From the IMG/VR virus record IMGVR_UViG_3300014838_000008: DNA of 38,824 nucleotides; one strand, written 5' to 3'. Under the pieces are notes generated by a model, which ran no database searches, was not told the origin of the DNA, and saw only the letters and a program-made list of their open reading frames with translations. This stretch comes from a virus. A program made the position numbers and the translations under genes. Positions 38,412-38,824 of this stretch are shown here, piece by piece (positions within the stretch are counted from its first letter, which is position 1; each line of letters opens with the position of its first letter).

Positions 38412-38824
38412 ATGTTCCGGTTCGAAATCAGCGGCATCCCAGTCGCTCAAAAGCAAACTCGCTTTTCTGCTAGAGGAGGAATTCCTCGGGCATATGATCC
38501 CAGCAAAAAGGATCTCGAACGCATTCGATGGCAAATACGTCCATTTGCCCCTAAAGATCCCATCTTAGGCCCTATTGCCCTTACCCTTATTTTTTTCATG
38601 CCTATCCCGAAGGCTACCTCGAAAGCTAAGCGAGACCAGATGCGAAGGCGCATCATTCTACCGGTAGTCAAACCCGATGCGGATAATCTCGCCTACCTAG
38701 TGACCAATGCCCTTAAAGAATTGATCTATAAAGATGATAATCAGATATGCGAACAGCATATCTATAAAGTCTATGATGAGCTTCCCCGAACAGAAATTAT
38801 TGTGAAAACGATCCAGACCGCTGA
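38412..38824 (+). CDS. rusA: RusA-family Holliday junction resolvase, N-terminal part (runs off the window end; resumes at position 124; 147 aa in total)
   Basis: AGGAG lies 7 nt upstream of ATG 38412. MFRFEISGIPVAQKQTRFSARGGIPRAYDP...ALTLIFFMPIPK...KPDADNLAYLV. Absent from the ORF track because it has no in-window stop. Confidence 0.75.
   Translation, partial: MFRFEISGIPVAQKQTRFSARGGIPRAYDPSKKDLERIRWQIRPFAPKDPILGPIALTLIFFMPIPKATSKAKRDQMRRRIILPVVKPDADNLAYLVTNALKELIYKDDNQICEQHIYKVYDELPRTEIIVKTIQTA
38702..38824. repeat. Terminal direct repeat, copy 2 (identical to 1..123)
   Basis: See copy 1. Confidence 0.95.

Noticed and set aside
38447-38671. 74-aa minus-strand track ORF
   Set aside because: It lies entirely antisense to the well-supported rusA frame, which was missed by the track only because it lacks an in-window stop.
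1-38824. Window-wide search for CRISPR arrays, IS/transposase genes, integrase/att sites, reverse transcriptase (DGR or retron), rRNA, and stop-codon recoding
   Set aside because: No regularly spaced direct repeats beyond the (TATAAT)x3 microsatellite and the two rep-internal 16/17-mers. No transposase-, recombinase- or RT-like ORF. Long genes are intact under the standard code, with TGA, TAA and TAG all used as stops. The fibre paralogues show no template/variable repeat pair.

Overview
The window is a complete tailed dsDNA phage genome with podovirus-like gene content. Positions 1-123 are repeated exactly at 38702-38824, so the unit length is 38,701 bp. The junction falls inside a rusA gene, so this is an arbitrarily opened circle or a terminally redundant genome, not a chromosomal fragment.

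Layout:
- A ~28-kb minus-strand late block (30400 down to 2019) runs terS, terL, a ~7-kb accessory island, portal, four small head-module proteins, scaffold and an N4-gp56-type major capsid protein.
- It continues with two paralogous E1-FCCH-like decoration proteins, adaptor/nozzle-like proteins, internal virion proteins and 5-6 fibre/spike proteins.
- The accessory island holds RtcB, tRNA-Ile(UAU), tRNA-Pro(UGG), a GroES-like protein, a second RNA ligase, a 3-TM PnuC-like protein, Zn-ribbon proteins and Pro-rich mini-ORFs.
- A two-gene plus-strand moron (9206-9680) splits the late block.
- The plus-strand early block (30510-33478) starts with a very acidic protein and contains four tandem ~80-aa paralogues.
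- A replication/recombination region (33452-38824, wrapping to 1975) carries a winged-helix replication initiator, a candidate small RNA, a YqaJ-like exonuclease, Erf, Cro-like and double-HTH proteins, and RusA.

I found no integrase, DNA polymerase, recognisable endolysin or holin, rRNA, CRISPR array or IS element. The standard genetic code fits; TGA is used as a stop throughout, often in ATGA stop-start overlaps.

All functional calls rest on motifs I recognise by eye. No HMM or BLAST search could be run.

Most interesting observations:
- the two-ligase plus two-tRNA RNA-repair island wedged between terL and portal;
- three proline-rich mini-ORFs translationally coupled to accessory genes;
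- a promoter-hairpin-terminator small-RNA candidate whose loop is complementary to the rep ribosome-binding site;
- a quadruplicated small-gene family;
- a GC-rich structured spacer between the decoration paralogues.
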